IMG/VR virus record: IMGVR_UViG_3300036781_000633 | Source: an uncultured virus (IMG/VR IMGVR_UViG_3300036781_000633) | Lineage: Duplodnaviria > Heunggongvirae > Uroviricota > Caudoviricetes | Length of the DNA: 64,000 bases | Reading direction: 5' to 3' (one strand) | Shown: piece after piece, positions 60,532 through 64,000 of the stretch | How the letters are laid out: every line of letters begins with the position of its first letter | How positions within the stretch are numbered: the first letter of the stretch is position 1 | Position numbers and translations under genes: made by a program | The notes under the pieces: model-generated | Database searches by the model: none | The model's input: only the letters and a program-made list of their open reading frames with translations | Told to the model about the DNA's origin: nothing

Positions 60532-61280
60532 CGTCGGCTGCCTTTCGTAGTCGAGCGTCTCTTCGAGGCGGCGCTCCTGCCCATCAACTGATAGATGACG
60601 AAGCCGCCGACCGCGACGACCGCGACTTGCTGGATCGTGGAGAGGCCACCGAAGGCGCCCAGGATGTCGCCGGCAGCGCTCGCACCTGGCGGCTTGAGCG
60701 TCAGGCCGGACTTCGTGTTGATGCTGCCGCTCGAGGTTGCCTGGGGAACCGTCGCGGGCGCGCCGATGTTGTTCGCGAACATCGTGACCTGGTTGGCGAT
60801 CACGTCACAGCTCGAGGCGACGCCGACACACGAGGAGGTGTCACCGCCAACCGTCTGGCCGGACGCGCTCTGGACCTGCTTCAGCAGCGTGATCGTCGCC
60901 GGGCCGATGTCGCCGTCGACCGTGATCTTGTTGAACCCCTTCACGAACGCGACGCGGTTCATCTGCGACTGGAGGTTTTTCGCGGCGTTGAGCGCCGGAA
61001 AGTCGACCGCCTTGCAGACGCCGCCCATGTTCTTCCAGTCCGAGGAGGAGATCGATCCACCGCTCTGCAACTGGTCGGCGTTGTCGCCGGGGTTGCCGGT
61101 GATGTTGATGTCGCCCGATGACGATCCGCCGGAGTCGACGCATCCACCGGCCGCATCCGACCACACTTGAGCCCCGGAACAGAACACGTCGGTCATGTCA
61201 TCCGATGCGGCGTCGCCCATTCGGATGAGATTGACCGACGATCCTCGATCGTTGATGGGGCGACTGTTGCGTAGGTACAT
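60528..61280 (-). CDS. tail-anchored protein with peptidoglycan-binding-like motif
   Basis: LQSQMN...VDGDIGPAT; MGD site; C-terminal TM. Confidence 0.7.
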   Translation of the reverse strand: MYLRNSRPINDRGSSVNLIRMGDAASDDMTDVFCSGAQVWSDAAGGCVDSGGSSSGDINITGNPGDNADQLQSGGSISSSDWKNMGGVCKAVDFPALNAAKNLQSQMNRVAFVKGFNKITVDGDIGPATITLLKQVQSASGQTVGGDTSSCVGVASSCDVIANQVTMFANNIGAPATVPQATSSGSINTKSGLTLKPPGASAAGDILGAFGGLSTIQQVAVVAVGGFVIYQLMGRSAASKRRSTTKGSRR

Positions 61281-61325
61281 GGAGCGTTGCCTCGGTTGAG
61301 TTACGAGCGAAACACGGGTGGGCGG

Positions 61326-61808
61326 TCAGGCCGCGCGCCTCTTCTTAGAAAAGTGACGATAGACGAAGTACCCGGCGACAGCGTACGTGATGATCCCGCC
61401 TGGCACGTCCGGCAGGAAGTCCAGGAAGCCCTCCAGGCTGTTCAGGAGGTGGGGATCCGGCGGCGTCGGGCGGAGTCGCTTGACCGCCTGCACGCTATAT
61501 GGCGGCGCGCCGGTCGCCGAGCTCGTGCGCGCGAGTAGCGTGCTGACGTTGTCGATCCATGGCAGCGACATCCAGCCTGGCCCTACGACCTGCGCGAGCG
61601 CATCCGCGGTGTCGTCGTCGAGGTAGCCGGTGACCGGTACGCCCAGGTGTTCCTGGATCCGCTTCACCATCAGGATGATCTGCGGGCTCTTCGGGTCGGA
61701 CGTAGCCGGCGCCGAGAATGAGTCCTGAACCATCATCGTCGCGTTGAAGTCACCGACGCCCAGCTGCTTCAGCAGCGAGCGGACGTTGCGGTTGTCGTAG
61801 TTGGTCAT
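61326..61808 (-). CDS. tail-anchored protein with peptidoglycan-binding-like motif
   Basis: VKRIQEHLGVPVTGYLDDDTADAL; C-terminal TM plus KKRR. Confidence 0.7.
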   Translation of the reverse strand: MTNYDNRNVRSLLKQLGVGDFNATMMVQDSFSAPATSDPKSPQIILMVKRIQEHLGVPVTGYLDDDTADALAQVVGPGWMSLPWIDNVSTLLARTSSATGAPPYSVQAVKRLRPTPPDPHLLNSLEGFLDFLPDVPGGIITYAVAGYFVYRHFSKKRRAA

Positions 61809-61828
61809 GGCGTCCTTGCGAGTGGCAA

Positions 61829-62206
61829 TCAGTCCTTCGAGATCATGTACACCGCGAAGATCCCGACGCCGCCGAGAAGGAGCAGCGTGGTCGTATCGAG
61901 GCCGGATGGCGCCGGATATGGGGCGCCCGGCGTGTTCGGCCGCAAAGCATTACCAAAGAGCCCGCCGATAACCCCCCAGATCGGATTACTTGATGATGAC
62001 GAGCTCGAGCCGCCCGAGCTGGCATATGGGGTCGCACCCGGAATCGGCGTGCTCGAGATGACGTTGCCGCTCGCGTCGATGCACTCGTTCTGCGTGCCGT
62101 CGATGGAGACGGCCATGCGCGCACACGTATCTCCGAGCGCGCCGCGCAGTGACGTGGTGGGGCGAAAGCGTCGGGCGGAACCGCGGGGGCTCGGTAGGTA
62201 GCTCAT
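61829..62206 (-). CDS. small tail-anchored membrane protein
   Basis: MSYLPSPRGSARRFRPTTSLRGALGD; TTTLLLLGGVGIFAVYMISK. Confidence 0.7.
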   Translation of the reverse strand: MSYLPSPRGSARRFRPTTSLRGALGDTCARMAVSIDGTQNECIDASGNVISSTPIPGATPYASSGGSSSSSSSNPIWGVIGGLFGNALRPNTPGAPYPAPSGLDTTTLLLLGGVGIFAVYMISKD

Positions 62207-64000
62207 TTCACGGTTCCTCCGGCGGCCGCAGCCGCCTTTTTCTTGCGATTCGACTTCTTCGCCAACGCAGCAGCCAGCACGGCGCCACCGCCAAGGAGAG
62301 CGATCAGCGTCCAGTTCGTCGGATGTGGGATCGGGATGCACTGGCTGATCCCGTTCCACATGTACCCGTCCGGACAGGTGGGAACCTGCGTCCCACCGCA
62401 GAGTGCCGAGCCGACGGTGACCCCGGCACCCGCCGCCGCCCCATAGACTGGGTTCGCCTTGCCTGCACCCTGCGCCGCAGCATTCGCGGCGCCCGGTTGC
62501 GTCAACACGCTGCACGCGAGACCACCGACGGCCGCGACGGCATCATTGACGGCGGTCAACACTGCCTGCGCGGCATCCGAGAGCTTCGAGGGGACGTAAG
62601 CAATCAGGTCCCACAACGGTTGCCACCAAGGCTTCTGCGGCAGCGGCGCGAAGATGAGGCGCATGAACGCGGGCGGGTACGTCACCGTTTGGCTGCCGTC
62701 CGGGTTGGCGGTCACCGTGTATGGATTGCTCATGATGAACATCCACATGCCCCAGTCTTTGTCGTCGGCGTTCGAGTGTTTGACGCCCTGGCGATCTATC
62801 GTGCTTGGCATCACGTCGTAGATCGGCGGATCAGATCCGTCTGATCGAAACTTCACCGCCGGTACCGCCGTGAACTGTTGCGAGTCATAGGACAGCGTGC
62901 CGTCGCTGTTCTGCGTGATGAGGTTCATGTCGAACGTGTTGCCACCTTCGACCGTCATGTCAGGCGTCAGGCCGATGGCGGCGTAGAAGTCGGCAGCCGT
63001 CGGAGACTGGTAGACCAGGTTCACCAGTTTTGCGCCCGGATCGCCAGCGTTGCACCCGCGCGAGCCACAATGGTAGTAGGAGCCCGACTGGGGCGAGCCC
63101 GGGCCGACGAGCTGACTGGCGGGCCATGCGGTTTTATACGCGCCGTTGTCGCCAAGCGGCCTCGTCAACTGCTTCAGCATCCACGGGCGGGCCGCCGCTG
63201 GGATCTGATTGGGCGTCGCGAAATCGACCGCGTACGAGCCGTGGGCAGGATCAAACTTGAACGGTCCCACGGTGATCTCGGTCGGCGACACCACCGTGTT
63301 CGAGGTCGAGATCGACGACACGTTCGTGAGCCCGCCTGCGGCGGCGCTCGTGGCGGCAGCGCTGGTGGCTCCCAGGCTGCGTCGTGCGGCGCGCTTGAAT
63401 AAACCGGCCATGGGTGCCGCGGAGCCCATGGCCGAACAGCCGGTGTATCCCGTGCAGCCGCTCAGGCCGCTCGGTCGCTTGCCCTGACCGCGAAGCGTGA
63501 GCTCGGCGATCATGCCCGCCGACATCGCTCGAGACAGCCCGGCGTGGAGTGCCTGCGCGGAGTTCATGCCCTGGCGGCGGAGATCGCGGGCGATCTTTCC
63601 GGTCCGCGCCTCGAGCGACGGGTCGATCGTCGCCAGTGTCTTCTTCAGGTACTTCGCGCGCTGGTTCGTCGGCAGCATCTGCATGCGCGCGAGGATGTTC
63701 GTGGCGGCGGCCTGACCGTACGACGGGAATGGGTCCGGCATCGGCGCGTCGCCGGCGATCCCGCCCAGCCCGTGGAGCGCTTGGCCACCTTGGTGGACAG
63801 GATGGAGTGGCTTCGCCTTGCCGATCCCCAGGATCGCGCGGAGCCATCCGAATGCGTCGGCCGCGCCCATCGACACCGCCTGGCCTTCGTTCGCTGGCAT
63901 GCCGATAGCGGGCGCGACCATGGTGATCTTCTGCGTGCCGCCGCTGTTCGGGACCCGCCGGTCGGAGAGGACCTGGGGGCGGCGGTTCAGGTAGTGGGGG
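62203..64000 (-). CDS. large tail-anchored virion protein, 5' truncated by the window edge
   Basis: Frame stays open past 63921 to the window end; ends WTLIALLGGGAVLAAALAKKSNRKKK. Confidence 0.7.
   Translation of the reverse strand, partial: PHYLNRRPQVLSDRRVPNSGGTQKITMVAPAIGMPANEGQAVSMGAADAFGWLRAILGIGKAKPLHPVHQGGQALHGLGGIAGDAPMPDPFPSYGQAAATNILARMQMLPTNQRAKYLKKTLATIDPSLEARTGKIARDLRRQGMNSAQALHAGLSRAMSAGMIAELTLRGQGKRPSGLSGCTGYTGCSAMGSAAPMAGLFKRAARRSLGATSAAATSAAAGGLTNVSSISTSNTVVSPTEITVGPFKFDPAHGSYAVDFATPNQIPAAARPWMLKQLTRPLGDNGAYKTAWPASQLVGPGSPQSGSYYHCGSRGCNAGDPGAKLVNLVYQSPTAADFYAAIGLTPDMTVEGGNTFDMNLITQNSDGTLSYDSQQFTAVPAVKFRSDGSDPPIYDVMPSTIDRQGVKHSNADDKDWGMWMFIMSNPYTVTANPDGSQTVTYPPAFMRLIFAPLPQKPWWQPLWDLIAYVPSKLSDAAQAVLTAVNDAVAAVGGLACSVLTQPGAANAAAQGAGKANPVYGAAAGAGVTVGSALCGGTQVPTCPDGYMWNGISQCIPIPHPTNWTLIALLGGGAVLAAALAKKSNRKKKAAAAAGGTVK

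Overview
This high-GC window looks like part of one bacterial virus or provirus genome; I found no host housekeeping genes, rRNA, tRNA or CRISPR. From the left it holds: a phosphatase, GH25 lysin, tyrosine integrase and kinase block (0.3-3.7 kb); a phage replication and early module on + (5.5-13 kb); a small + strand island of virion-type genes (13.2-15.8 kb); and a long - strand accessory region (16.5-38 kb). The accessory region includes a DNA-modification cluster (radical SAM, QueD, TGT-like, PAPS reductase, broken MTase, deaminase), a HerA/FtsK-type ATPase and glycosyltransferases. The last 25 kb (39-64 kb, - strand) is a morphogenesis module with modular beta-helix spikes, an M23 peptidase, two adjacent ~200-aa beta-rich capsid candidates, a protamine-like Arg-rich membrane protein and about 15 small tail-anchored membrane proteins. 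These share an 'MSY-basic-[ML]G[AD]' leader that looks like a protease-cleaved propeptide. No terminase, portal, HK97 capsid or tape measure was recognised. My best interpretation is a large, temperate, tailless, membrane-containing virus with a proteolytic maturation code. All product calls come from reading motifs by eye; no database searches were run.
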